Of a stretch of 64,000 nt of DNA, positions 1-13,349 are shown piece by piece (the first letter of the stretch is position 1; every line of letters starts with the position of its first letter). The position numbers were made by a program, and so were the translations under genes. Location of the stretch: positions 360,034,001 through 360,098,000 of the forward strand of contig OZ024742.1 in NCBI GenBank assembly GCA_964016885.1, given 5' to 3'. Origin of the DNA: Eledone cirrhosa (Eukaryota). The notes under the pieces are model-generated. The model was not told where the DNA came from. It saw only the letters and a list, made by a program, of their open reading frames with translations, and did not search any database.

Positions 1-2918
1 AAGGTGGGGAAGAGAGATAGAAAGGCTGGCATGTGGAGGTGGAGAAGAGAGATAGAAATGCTGAGATGTGAAGGGGGAGAAGAAAGATAGAATGGATGGG
101 ATGTGAAGGAGGGGAAAAGAGATGGAAAGGCTGAGATGTGAAGAAGGAGAAGAGAGATAGAAAGGCTGAGATGTGAAGGAGGAGAAGAGAGATGGAAAGG
201 CTGAGATGTGAAGAAAGAGAAGAGAGATAGAAAGGCTGAGATGTGAAGGAGGAGAAGAGAGATAGAACGGCTGGTATGTGAAGGTGGAGAAGAAAGATAG
301 AAAGGCTGGGATGTGTAGGTGGAGAAGAGAGATAGAAAGGCTGAGATGTGAAGGAGGAGATGAGAGATAGAAAGGCTGGCATGTCAAGGGGGAGGAGACA
401 GATAGAAAGGCTGAGATGTGAAGGTTGAGGAGAGAGATAGAAAGGCTGGGATTTGACGACGGGGGAGAAGAGAGATAGAAAGGCTTGGACGTGAAGGTTG
501 AGGAGAGAGATGGAAAGGCTGGGATGTAAAGGAGGAGAAGAGACATAGAAAGGCTGGGATGTGAAGGTGGAGGAGAGAGATAGAAAGACTGGGATGTGAC
601 GGAGGAGAAGATAGATAGAAAGGCTGGGATGTGAAGGTGGAGAAGAGAGATAGAAAGGCTGGGATGTGAAGGTGGAGAAAAGAGATAGAAAGGCTGGGAT
701 GTGAAGGTGGAGATGATGGATAGAAAGGATGGGATGTGAAGGTGTTGAAGAGAGATAGAAAGGCTGAGTTGCGAAGGTGGAGAAGTGAGATAGTAAGGCT
801 GGAATGTGAAGGTGGAGAAGAGAGATAGAAAGGCTGAGATGTGAATGAGGAGGAGATAGATAGAAAGGCTGGCATGTGAAATTGGAGAAGAGAGATAGAA
901 AGTCTGGGATGTGAAGTTGGAGGAGAGAGATAGAAAGGCTGGGATGTGAAGGAGTAGAAGAGAGATAGAAAGGCTGGGATGTGAAGGTGGAGAAGAGAGA
1001 TAGAAAGGCTGAGATGTGAACGAGGAGAAAATAGATAGAAAGGCTGGCATGTGAAGGTGGAGAAGAGAGATAGAAATGATGAGATGTGAAGGGGAAGCGA
1101 GATAGAATGGCTGGGATGTGAAGGAGGAGAAGAGAGATGGAAAGGCTGGGATGTGAAGGTGGAGGACAGAGATAGAAAGGCTGAGATGTGAAGGTGGAGG
1201 AGAGAGATAAAAGGCTGAGATATGAAGGAGGAGAAGAGATAGAAGGAGAGATAGAAAGGCTGGGATGTGAAGGTGCAGGAGAGATAGAAAGGCTGAGATG
1301 TGAAGGTGGAGGAGAGAGATAAAAGGCTGAGATATGAAGGAGAAGAGATAGAAGGCTGGGATGTGAAGAAGGAGAAAATAGATAGAAAGTCTGAGATGTG
1401 AAGGAGAATAAGATAGATAGAAAGGCTGGGATGTGAAAGTGGAGAAGAGAGAGAGAAAGGCTGGGATGTGAAGGAGGAAAAAATAGATAGAAAGGCTGGG
1501 ATGTGAAGAGAGATAGAAAGGCTGGTATATGACGGAGAAGAGAGATAGAAAGGCTGGGATGTGAAGGTCGAGGAGAGACATAGAAAGGCTGGGATGTGAA
1601 GGTGGAGAAGATAGATAGAAAGGCTGGGATGTGAAGGAAGAGAAGATAGATAGAAAGGCTGGATGGTGAAGGTAGGGAAGAGAGATAGAAATGATGAGAT
1701 GTGAAGGTGGAGAGGAGAGATAGAAAGGCTGGGATGTGAAGGTGGAGAAGAGAGGTAGAAAGGCTGGGATGTGAAGGTGGAGAAGAGAGATAGAAAGGCT
1801 GGGATGTGAAGGTGGAGAAGAGCGATAGAAAGGCTGGGATGTGAAGGTCAAGAAGAGAGATAGAAAGGCTGGGATGTGAAGGTGGAGAAGAGAGATAGAT
1901 AGGATGGGATGTGAAGGTGGAGAGGAGAGATAGAAAGGCTGGAATGTGAAGGTGGAGAAGAGAGATTGAAAGGCGGAGATGTGAAGGTGGAGAGGAGAAA
2001 TAGAAAAGCTGGGATGTGAAGGTGGAGAAGAGAGATAGAAAGGCTGGGATGTGAAGGTCGAGGAGAGACATAGAAAGGCTGGAATGTGAAGGTGAAGATG
2101 AGAGATAGAAATGCTGGGATGTGAAGGTGGCGTAGAGAGATAGAAAGGCTGGCATGTGAAGGAGGAGGAGAGAGATAGAAAGGCTGGGATGTGACGGAGG
2201 AGAAGAGAGATAGAAAGGCAGGGATGTGAAGGTGGAGAAGAGATATAGAAATGCTGGGATGTGAAGGTGGAGAAGAGAGATAGAAGGGCTGGGATGTGAA
2301 TGTGGAGAAGAGAGATAGAAAGGCTGGGATGTGAAGGTGGAAGAGACAGATATAAAGGCTGGGAAGTGAAGGTGGAGAGGAGAGATAGAAAGGCTGGGAT
2401 GTGACGGAGCAGAAGAGAGATAGAAAGGCTGGGATGTGAAGGTGGAGGAGAGAGATAGAAAGGCTGGGAAGTGAAGGTGGGGAGGAGAGATAGAAAGGCT
2501 GGGATGTGAAGGTCGAGGAGAGACATAGAAAGGCTCGGATGTGAAGGTGAAGATGAGAGATAGAAATGCTGGGATGTGAAGGTGGCGTAGAGCGATAGAA
2601 AGGCTGGGATGTGACGGAGGAGAAGAGAGATAGAAAGGCTGGGATGTGAAGGTGGAGGAGAGAGATAGAAAGGCTGGGATGTGAAGGTGGAGAATAGAGA
2701 TAGAAAGGCGGAGATGTGAAGGAAGAGAAGAGAGATAGAAAGGCTGGAATGTGAAGGTAGGGAAGAGAGATAGAAATGCTGAGATGTGAAGGTGGAGAGG
2801 AGAGATAGAAAGGCTGGGATGTGAAGGTGGAGAAGAGAGATAGAAAGGCTGGGATGTGAAGGTGGAGAAGAGAGATAGAAAGGCTGGGATGTGAAGGCGG
2901 AGAAGAGCGATAGAAAGG

Positions 2919-5900
2919 CTAGGATGTGAAGATGGAGAAGAGAGATAGAAAGGCTGGGATGTGAAGGTGGAGAAGAGAGATAGATAGGCTGGGATGTGAA
3001 GGTGGAGAGGAGAGATAGAAAGGCTGGGATGTGAAGGTCGAGGAGAGACATAGAAAGGCTGGGATGTGAAGGTGAAGATGAGAGATAGAAATGCTGGGAT
3101 GTGAAGGTGGCGTAGAGCGATAGAAAGGATGGGATGTGATGGAGGAGAAGAGAGATAGAAAGGCTGGGATGTGAAGGTGGAGGAGAGAGATAGAAAGGCT
3201 GGGATGTGAAGGTGGAGAATAGAGATAGAAAGGCGGAGATGTGAAGGAAGAGAAGAGAGATAGAAAGGCTGGAATGTGAAGGTGGAGAAGAGCGATAGAA
3301 AGGCTGGGATGTGAAGGTGGAGAAGAGAGATAGAAAGGCTGGGATGTGAAGGTGGAGAAGAGAGATAGATAGGCTGGGATGTGAAGGTGGAGAGGAGAGA
3401 TAGAAAGGCTGGAATGTGAAGGTGGAGAAGAGAGATTGAAAGGCGGAGATGTGAAGGTGGAGAGGAGAGATAGAAAGGCTGGGATGTGAAGGTGGAGAAG
3501 AGAGATAGTAAGGCTGGGATGTGAAGGTCGAGGAGAGACATAGAAAGGCTGGAATGTGAAGGTAAAGATGAGAGATAGAAATGCTGGGATGTGAAGGTGG
3601 CGTAGAGAGATAGAAAGGCTGGCATGTGAAGGAGGGGGAGAGAGATAGAAAGGCTGGGATGTGACGGAGGAGAAGAGAGATAGAAAGGCAGGGATATGAA
3701 GGTGGAAGAGAGAGATAGAAAGGCTGGGAGGTGAAGGTGGAGAAGAGAGATAGAAAGGCTGAGATGTGAAGGAGGAGAAGAGAGATTTAAAGGCTGGGAT
3801 GTGAAGGTGGAAGAGAGAGATAGAAAAGCTGGGAAGTGAAGGTGGGGAGGAGAGATAGAAAGGCTGGGATGTGAAGGTCGAGGAGAGACATAGAAAGGCT
3901 GGGATGTGAAGGTGAAGATGAGAGATAGAAATGTTGGGATGTGAATGTGGCGTAGAGCGATAGAAAGGCTGGGATGTGACGGAGGAGAAGAGAGATAGAA
4001 AGGCTGGGATGTGAAGGTGGAGGAGAGAGATAGAAAGGCTGGGATGTGAAGGAGGAGAAAAGAGATAGAAAGGCTGAAATGTGAAGGTGGAGAAGAGAGA
4101 TAGAAAGGCTGGGATCTGAAGGTGGAGAAGAGAGATAGAAAGGCTGGGATGTGAAGGAGGAGAAGCTAGATAGAAAGGGTGGGATGTGAAGGTAGAAAAG
4201 AGAGATAGAAAGGCTGGGATGTGACGGAGGAGAAGATAGATAGGAAGGCTGGGATGTGAAGGTGGAGTAGGAAGATAGAAAGGCTGAGATGTGAAGGAAG
4301 AGAAGAGAGATAGAAAGGCTGAGATATGAAGGAGGAGAAGAGAGATAGAAAGGCTGGGATGTGAAGGTGGAGGAGAAGATATAAAGGCTGGGATGGGAAG
4401 ATGGAGAAGATAGATAGAAAGGCTGGGATGTGAAGATGGAGAAGAGAGATCGAAATGCTGGGATGTGAAGGTGGAGAATAGAGATAGAAAGGCGGAGATG
4501 TGAAGGAAGAGAATAGAGATGGAAAGGCTGGGAAGTGAAGGTGGGGAGGAGAGATAGAAAGGCTGGGATGTGACGGAGCAGAAGAAAGATAGAAAAGCTG
4601 GGATGTGAAGGATGAGAAGATAGATAGAAATTCTGGGATGTGAAGGTGCAGAAGAAAGATAGAAAGGCTGGGATGTGAAGGAGGAGACGATAGATAGAAA
4701 GGCTGAGATGTGAAGGAGGAGAAAAGAGATAGAAAGGCTGAAATGTGAAGGTGGAGAAGAGAGATAGAAAGGCTGCGATGTGAAGGTGGAGGAGAGAGAT
4801 AGAAAGGCTGGGATCTGAAGGTGGAGGAGAGATAGAAAGGCTGAGATATGAAGGTGGAGGAGAGAGATAAAAGGCTGAGATATGAAGGAGGAGAAGAGAT
4901 AGAAGGCTGGGATGTGAAGGAGGAGAAAATAGATAGAAAGTCTGAGATGTGAAGGAGGATAAGATAGATAGAAAGGCTGGGATGTGAAAGTGGAGAAGAG
5001 AGAGAGAAAGTCTGGGATGTGAAGGAGGAAAAAATAGATAGAAAGGCTGGGATGTGAAGGTGGAGAAGAGAGATAGAAAGGCTGGGATATGACGGAGACG
5101 AGAGATAGAAAGGCTGGGATGTGAAGGTCGAGGAGAGACATAGAAAGGCTGGGATGTGAAGGTGGAGAAGATAGATAGAAAGGCTGGGATGTGAAGGTGG
5201 AGAAGAGAGATAGAAAGGCTGGGATGTGAAGGTGGAGAAGAGAGATAGAAAGCCTGGGATGTGAAGGTGGAGAAGAGAGATAGATAGGCTGGGATGTGAA
5301 GGTGGAGAGGAGAGATAGAAAGGCTGGAATGTGAAGGTGCAGAAGAGAGATAGAAAGACTGGGATGTGAAGGTCGAGGAGAGACATAGAGATGCTGGGAT
5401 GTGAAGGTGGCGTAGAGAGATAGAAAGGCTGGCATGTGAAGGAGGAGGAGAGAGATAGAAAGGCTGGGATGTGACGGAGGAGAAGAGAGATAGAAAGGCA
5501 GGGATGTGAAGGTGGAGAAGAGATATAGAAATGCTGGGATGTGAAGGTGGAGAAGAGAGATAGAAGGGCTGGGATGTGAATGTGGAGAAAAGAGATAGAA
5601 AGGCTGGGATGTGAAGGTGGAAGAGAGAGATAGAAAGGCTGGGAAGTGAAGGTGGAGAGGAGAGAGAGAAACGCTGGGATGTGACGGAGCAGAAGAGAGA
5701 TAGAAAGGCTGGGATGTGACGGAGCAGAAGAGAGATAGAAAGGCTGGGATGTGAAGGTGGAAGAGAGAGATAGAAAGGCTGGGAAGTGAAGGTGGGGAGG
5801 AGAGATAGAAAGGCTGGGATGTGAAGGTCGAGGAGAGACATAGAAAGGCTGGGATGTGAAGGTGGAGGAGAGAGATAGAAAGGCTGGGATGTGAAGGTGG

Positions 5901-8900
5901 AGAATAGAGATAGAAAGGCGGAGATGTGAAGGAAGAGAAGAGAGATAGAAAGGCTGAGATATGAAGGAGGAGAAGAGAGATAGAAAGGCTGGGATGTGAA
6001 GGAGGAGAAGAGAGATAGATAGGCTGGCATGTGAAGGGGGAGCAGAGAGGTAGAAAGGCTGGGATGTGAAGGTGGAGGAGAGAGATAGAAATGCTGGGAT
6101 TTGACGACGGAAGAGAAGAGAGATAGAAAGGCTGGGATGTGAAGGAGGAGAAGAGAGCTAGAAAGGCTGGGATGTGAAGGTGGAGGAGAGAGGTAGAAAG
6201 GCTGGGATGTGAAGGTGGTGAAGAGAGATAGAAAAGCTGGGATGTGAAGGTGGAAGAGAGAGATAGAAAGGCTGGGAAGTGAAGGTGGAGAGAAGAGATA
6301 GAAAGCCTGAGATGTGAAGGTGGAGAAGAGAGAAAGAAAGGCTGGGATGTGAAGGTGGAGAAGAGAGAAAGAAAGGCTGGGATGTGAAGGTGGAGAAGAG
6401 AGATAGAAAGGCTGAGATGTGAAGGAGGAGAAGAGAGATAGAAAGGCTGGGATGTGAAGGATGAGAAGAGAGATAGAAAGGCAGGGATGTGAAGGTGGAG
6501 AAGAGATATAGAAATGCTGGGATGTGAAGGTGGAGAAGAGAGATAGAAGGGCTGGGATGTGAATGTGGAGAAGAGAGATAGAAAGGCTGGGATGTGAAGG
6601 TGGAAGAGACAGATATAAAGGCTGGGAAGTGAAGGTGGAGAGGAGAGATAGAAAGGCTGGGATGTGACGGAGCAGAAGAGAGATAGAAAGGCTGGGATGT
6701 GAAGGTGGAGGAGAGAGATAGAAAGGCTGGGAGGTGAAGGTGGAGAAGAGAGATAGAAACGCTGAGATGTGAAGGTGGAGAAGAGAGATAGAAAGGCTAG
6801 GATGTGAAGATGGAGAAGAGAGATAGAAAGGCTGGGATGTGAAGGTGGAGAAGAGAGATAGATAGGCTGGGATGTGAAGGTGGAGAGGAGAGATAGAAAG
6901 GCTGGGATGTGAAGGTCGAGGAGAGACATAGAAAGGCTGGGATGTGAAGGTGAAGATGAGAGATAGAAATGCTGGGATGTGAAGGTGGCGTAGAGCGATA
7001 GAAAGGATGGGATGTGATGGAGGAGAAGAGAGATAGAAAGGCTGGGATGTGAAGGTGGAGGAGAGAGATAGAAAGGCTGGGATGTGAAGGTGGAGAAGAG
7101 CGATAGAAAGGCTAGGATGTGAAGATGGAGAAGAGAGATAGAAAGGCTGGGATGTGAAGGTGGAGAAGAGAGATAGATAGGCTGGGATGTGAAGGTGGAG
7201 AGGAGAGATAGAAAGGCTGGGATGTGAAGGTCGAGGAGAGACATAGAAAGGCTGGGATGTGAAGGTGAAGATGAGAGATAGAAATGCTGGGATGTGAAGG
7301 TGGCGTAGAGCGATAGAAAGGATGGGATGTGATGGAGGAGAAGAGAGATAGAAAGGCTGGGATGTGAAGGTGGAGGAGAGAGATAGAAAGGCTGGGATGT
7401 GAAGGTGGAGAATAGAGATAGAAAGGCGGAGATGTGAAGGAAGAGAAGAGAGATAGAAAGGCTGGAATGTGAAGGTGGAGAAGAGCGATAGAAAGGCTGG
7501 GATGTGAAGGTGGAGAAGAGAGATAGAAAGGCTGGGATGTGAAGGTGGAGAAGAGAGATAGATAGGCTGGGATGTGAAGGTGGAGAGGAAAGATAGAAAG
7601 GCTGGAATGTGAAGGTGGAGAAGAGAGATTGAAAGGCGGAGATGTGAAGGTGGAGAGGAGAGATAGAAAGGCTGGGATGTGAAGGTGGAGAAGAGAGATA
7701 GTAAGGCTGGGATGTGAAGGTCGAGGAGAGACATAGAAAGGCTGGAATGTGAAGGTAAAGATGAGAGATAGAAATGCTGGGATGTGAAGGTGGCGTAGAG
7801 AGATAGAAAGGCTGGCATGTGAAGGAGGGGGAGAGAGATAGAAAGGCTGGGATGTGACGGAGGAGAAGAGAGATAGAAAGGCAGGGATATGAAGGTGGAA
7901 GAGAGAGATAGAAAGGCTGGGAGGTGAAGGTGGAGAAGAGAGATAGAAAGGCTGAGATGTGAAGGAGGAGAAGAGAGATTTAAAGGCTGGGATGTGAAGG
8001 TGGAAGAGAGAGATAGAAAAGCTGGGAAGTGAAGGTGGGGAGGAGAGATAGAAAGGCTGGGATGTGAAGGTCGAGGAGAGACATAGAAAGGCTGGGATGT
8101 GAAGATGAAGATGAGAGATAGAAATGTTGGGATGTGAAGGTGGCGTAGAGCGATAGAAAGGCTGGGATGTGACGGAGGAGAAGAGAGATAGAAAGGCTGG
8201 GATGTGAAGGTGGAGGAGAGAGATAGAAAGGCTGGGATGTGAAGGAGGAGAAAAGAGATAGAAAGGCTGAAATGTGAAGGTGGAGAAGAGAGATAGAAAG
8301 GCTGAGATGTGAAGGTGGAGGAGAGAGATAGAAAGGCTGGGATCTGAAGGTGGAGAAGAGAGATAGAAAGGCTGGGATGTGAAGGAGGAGAAAATAGATA
8401 GAAAGGCTGAGATGTGAAGGAGGAGAAGAGAGATAGAAAGGCTGGGATGTGACGGAGGAGAAGATAGATAGGAAGGCTGGGATGTGAAGGTGGAGTAGGA
8501 AGATAGAAAGGCTGAGATGTGAAGGAAGAGAAGATAGATAGAAAGGCTGGAATGTGAAGGTAGGGAAGAGAGATAGAAATGCTGAGATGTGAAGGTGGAG
8601 AGGAGAGATAGAAAGGCTGGGATGTGAAGGTGGAGAAGAGAGATAGAAAGGCTGGGATGTGAAGGTGGAGAAGAGAGATAGAAAGCCTGGGATGTGAAGG
8701 TGGAGAAGAGAGATAGATAGGCTGGGATGTGAAGGTGGAGAAGAGAGATAGAAAGGCTGGGATGTGAAGGTCGAGGAGAGACATAGAGATGCTGGGATGT
8801 GAAGGTGGCGTAGAGAGATAGAAAGGCTGGCATGTGAAGGAGGAGGAGAGAGATAGAAAGGCTGGGATGTGACGGAGGAGAAGAGAGATAGAAAGGCAGG

Positions 8901-11870
8901 GATGTGAAGGTGGAGAAGAGATATAGAAATGCTGGGATGTGAAGGTGGAGAAGAGAGATAGAAGGGCTGGGATGTGAATGTGGAGAAAAGAGATAGAAAG
9001 GCTGGGATGTGAAGGTGGAAGAGAGAGATAGAAAGGCTGGGAAGTGAAGGTGGAGAGGAGAGAGAGAAAGGCTGGGATGTGACGGAGCAGAAGAGAGATA
9101 GAAAGGCTGGGATGTGACGGAGCAGAAGAGAGATAGAAAGGCTGGGATGTGAAGGTGGAAGAGAGAGATAGAAAGGCTGGGAAGTGAAGGTGGGGAGGAG
9201 AGATAGAAAGGCTGGGATGTGAAGGTCGAGGAGAGACATAGAAAGGCTGGGATGTGAAGGTGGAGGAGAGAGATAGAAAGGCTGGGATGTGAAGGTGGAG
9301 AATAGAGATAGAAAGGCGGAGATGTGAAGGAAGAGAAGAGAGATAGAAAGGCTGAGATATGAAGGAGGAGAAGAGAGATAGAAAGGCTGGGATGTGAAGG
9401 AGGAGAAGAGAGATAGATAGGCTGGCATGTGAAGGGGGAGCAGAGAGGTAGAAAGGCTGGGATGTGAAGGTGGAGGAGAGAGATAGAAATGCTTGGATTT
9501 GACGACGGAAGAGAAGAGAGATAGAAAGGCTGGGATGTGAAGGAGGAGAAGAGAGCTAGAAAGGCTGGGATGTGAAGGTGGAGGAGAGAGGTAGAAAGGC
9601 TGGGATGTGAAGGTGGTGAAGAGAGATAGAAAAGCTGGGATGTGAAGGTGGAAGAGAGAGATAGAAAGGCTGGGAAGTGAAGGTGGAGAGAAGAGATAGA
9701 AAGCCTGAGATGTGAAGGTGGAGAAGAGAGAAAGAAAGGCTGGGATGTGAAGGTGGAGAAGAGAGAAAGAAAGGCTGGGATGTGAAGGTGGAGAAGAGAG
9801 ATAGAAAGGCTGAGATGTGAAGGAGGAGAAGAGAGATAGAAAGGCTGGGATGTGAAGGATGAGAAGAGAGATAGAAAGGCAGGGATGTGAAGGTGGAGAA
9901 GAGATATAGAAATGCTGGGATGTGAAGGTGGAGAAGAGAGATAGAAGGGCTGGGATGTGAATGTGGAGAAGAGAGATAGAAAGGCTGGGATGTGAAGGTG
10001 GAAGAGACAGATATAAAGGCTGGGAAGTGAAGGTGGAGAGGAGAGATAGAAAGGCTGGGATGTGACGGAGCAGAAGAGAGATAGAAAGGCTGGGATGTGA
10101 AGGTGGAGGAGAGAGATAGAAAGGCTGGGAGGTGAAGGTGGAGAAGAGAGATAGAAAGGCTGAGATGTGAAGGTGGAGAAGAGAGATAGAAAGGCTGGGA
10201 TGTGAAGGCGGAGCAGAGAGATAGAAATGCTGGGATGTGAAGGTGGAAGAGAGAGATGGAAAGGCTGGGAAGTGAAGGTGGGGAGGAGAGATAGAAAGGC
10301 TGGGATGTGAAGGTGAAGATGAGAGATAGAAATGCTGGGATGTGAAGGTGGCGTAGAGCGATAGAAAGGCTGGGATGTGACGGAGGAGAAGAGAGATAGA
10401 AAGGCTGGGATGTGAAGGTGGAGGAGAGAGATAGAAAGGCTGGGATGTGAAGGTGGAGAATAGAGATGGAAAGGCGGAGATGTGAAGGAAGAGAAGAGAG
10501 ATAGAAAGGCTGGAATGTGAAGGTAGGGAAGAGAGATAGAAATGCTGAGATGTGAAGGTGGAGAGGAGAGATAGAAAGGCTGGGATGTGAAGGTGGAGAA
10601 GAGAGATAGAAAGGCTGGGATGTGAAGGTGGAGAAGAGAGATAGAAAGGCTGGGATGTGAAGGTGGAGAAGAGCGATAGAAAGGCTAGGATGTGAAGATG
10701 GAGAAGAGAGATAGAAAGGCTGGGATGTGAAGGTGGAGAAGAGAGATAGATAGGCTGGGATGTGAAGGTGGAGAGGAGAGATAGAAAGGCTGGGATGTGA
10801 AGGTCGAGGAGAGACATAGAAAGGCTGGGATGTGAAGGTGAAGATGAGAGATAGAAATGCTGGGATGTGAAGGTGGCGTAGAGCGATAGAAAGGATGGGA
10901 TGTGATGGAGGAGAAGAGAGATAGAAAGGCTGGGATGTGAAGGTGGAGGAGAGAGATAGAAAGGCTGGGATGTGAAGGTGGAGAATAGAGATAGAAAGGC
11001 GGAGATGTGAAGGAAGAGAAGAGAGATAGAAAGGCTGGAATGTGAAGGTGGAGAAGAGCGATAGAAAGGCTGGGATGTGAAGGTGGAGAAGAGAGATAGA
11101 AAGGCTGGGATGTGAAGGTGGAGAAGAGAGATAGATAGGCTGGGATGTGAAGGTGGAGAGGAGAGATAGAAAGGCTGGAATGTGAAGGTGGAGAAGAGAG
11201 ATTGAAAGGCGGAGATGTGAAGGTGGAGAGGAGAGATAGAAAGGCTGGGATGTGAAGGTGGAGAAGAGAGATAGTAAGGCTGGGATGTGAAGGTCGAGGA
11301 GAGACATAGAAAGGCTGGAATGTGAAGGTAAAGATGAGAGATAGAAATGCTGGGATGTGAAGGTGGCGTAGAGAGATAGAAAGGCTGGCATGTGAAGGAG
11401 GGGGAGAGAGATAGAAAGGCTGGGATGTGACGGAGGAGAAGAGAGATAGAAAGGCAGGGATATGAAGGTGGAAGAGAGAGATAGAAAGGCTGGGAGGTGA
11501 AGGTGGAGAAGAGAGATAGAAAGGCTGAGATGTGAAGGAGGAGAAGAGAGATTTAAAGGCTGGGATGTGAAGGTGGAAGAGAGAGATAGAAAAGCTGGGA
11601 AGTGAAGGTGGGGAGGAGAGATAGAAAGGCTGGGATGTGAAGGTCGAGGAGAGACATAGAAAGGCTGGGATGTGAAGGTGAAGATGAGAGATAGAAATGT
11701 TGGGATGTGAAGGTGGCGTAGAGCGATAGAAAGGCTGGGATGTGACGGAGGAGAAGAGAGATAGAAAGGCTGGGATGTGAAGGTGGAGGAGAGAGATAGA
11801 AAGGCTGGGATGTGAAGGAGGAGAAAAGAGATAGAAAGGCTGAAATGTGAAGGTGGAGAAGAGAGATAGA
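2919..11870 (+). repeat. Three near-identical copies of a ~1.15 kb block (~2919-4100, ~7112-8290, ~10685-11870)
   Basis: Shared rare variants GCTAGGATGTGAAGATGG (2919, 7112, 10685) and GATTTAAAGG (3786, 7979, 11552) give offsets of 4193 and 3573 for both markers, and the ORF-track stop positions agree. Confidence 0.9.
5355..10190 (+). repeat. Duplicated ~1.4 kb block, offset 3398 bp (~5355-6790 and ~8753-10190)
   Basis: Markers CATAGAGATGC (5384/8782), TAGAAGGGCT (5561/8959 and 6544/9942) and TTGACGACGG (6101/9499) all give 3398 = 97x35+3. Confidence 0.9.
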
Positions 11871-13349
11871 AAGGCTGAGATGTGAAGGTGGAGGAGAGAG
11901 ATAGAAAGGCTGGGATGTGAAGGTGGAGGAGAGAGATAGAAAGGCTGGGATGTGAAGGTGGAGGAGAGAGATGGAAACTCTGGGATGTGACGGAGGAGAA
12001 GAGAGATAGAAAGACTGGGATGTGAAGGAGGAGACAAGAGATAGAAAGGCTGGGATGTGACGGTGGAGAGGAGAGATAGAAAGGCTGGGATGTGAAGGTG
12101 GAGAAGAGAGGTATAAAGGGTGGGATGTGAAGGTAGAGAAGAGAGATAGAAAGGCTGGGATGTGACGGAGGAGAAGATAGATAGGAAGGCTGTGATGTGA
12201 AGGTGGAGGAGAGAGATACAAAGGCTGGGATGTGAAGGAGGAGTAGAAAGATAGAAAGGCTGAGATGTGAAGGAAGAGAAGAGAGATAGAAAGGCTGAGA
12301 TATGATGGAGGAGAAGAGAGATAGAAAGGCTGGGATGTGAAGGTGGAGGAGAAGGTAGAAAGGCTGGGATGTGAAGGTGGGGGAGAAGATGGAAAGGCTG
12401 GGATGTGAAGGTAGAAGAGAGAGATAGAAAGGCTGGGATGTGAAGGAGGAGAAGATAGATAGAAAGGCTGGGATGTGAAGGTGGAGAAGAGAGGTTGAAA
12501 GGCTGAGATGTGAAGGAAGAGACGAGAGATAGAAAGGCTGAGATATGAAGGAGGAGAAGAGAGATAGAAAGGCTGGGATGTGAAGGTGGAGACGAGAGAT
12601 AGAAATGCTGAGATGTGAAGGTGGAGAAGAGAGATAGAAAGGCTGAGATATGAAGGAGGAGAAGAGATAGAAAGGCTGGGATATGAAGGAGGAGAAAATA
12701 GATAGAAAGGCTGAGATGTGAACGAGGAGAAGAGATAGAAAGGCTGGGATATGAAGGAGGAGAAAATAGATAGAAAGGCTGAGATGTGAACGAGGAGAAG
12801 AGAGATAGAAAGGCTGGGATGTGAAGGTGGAGGAGAGAGATAGAAAGGCTGAGATATGAAGGAGGAGAAGAGGTAGAAAGGCTGGGATATGAAGGAGGAG
12901 AAAATAGATAGAAAGGCTGAGATGTGAAGGAGGAGAAGAGAGATAGAAAGGCTGGGATGTGAAGGTGGAGGAGAGAGATAGAAAGGCTGGGATGTGAAGG
13001 TGGAGAAGAGAGATGGAAAGGCTGGGATGTGAAGGTGGAGGAGAGAGATGGACAGTCTGAGATATGAAGGAGGAGAAGAGAGATAGAAAGGCTGAGATAT
13101 GAAGGAGGAGAAGAGATAGAAAGGCTGGGATATGAAGGAGGAGAAAATAGATAGAAAGGCTGAGATGTGAACGAGAAGAAGAGAGATAGAAAGGCTGGGA
13201 TGTGAAGGTGGAGGAGAGAGATAGAAAGGCTGCGATATGAAGGAGGAGAAAATAGATAGAAAGGCTGAGATGTGAAGGAGGAGAAGAGAGATAGAAAGGC
13301 TGGGATGTGAAGGTGGAGGAGAGAGATAGAAATGCTGAGATGTGAAGGT

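Larger units (their letters stand above)
1..11900 (+). repeat. Sub-domain A: mostly full-length 35-bp monomers with a loose 3.3-4.2 kb higher-order structure
   Basis: Diagnostic variants GGTGGCGTAGAG, GGTGAAGATGAG and GGGAAGTGAAGG are concentrated here. Marker GAGATTTAAAGG occurs at ~3786, 7979 and 11552. Confidence 0.8.
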
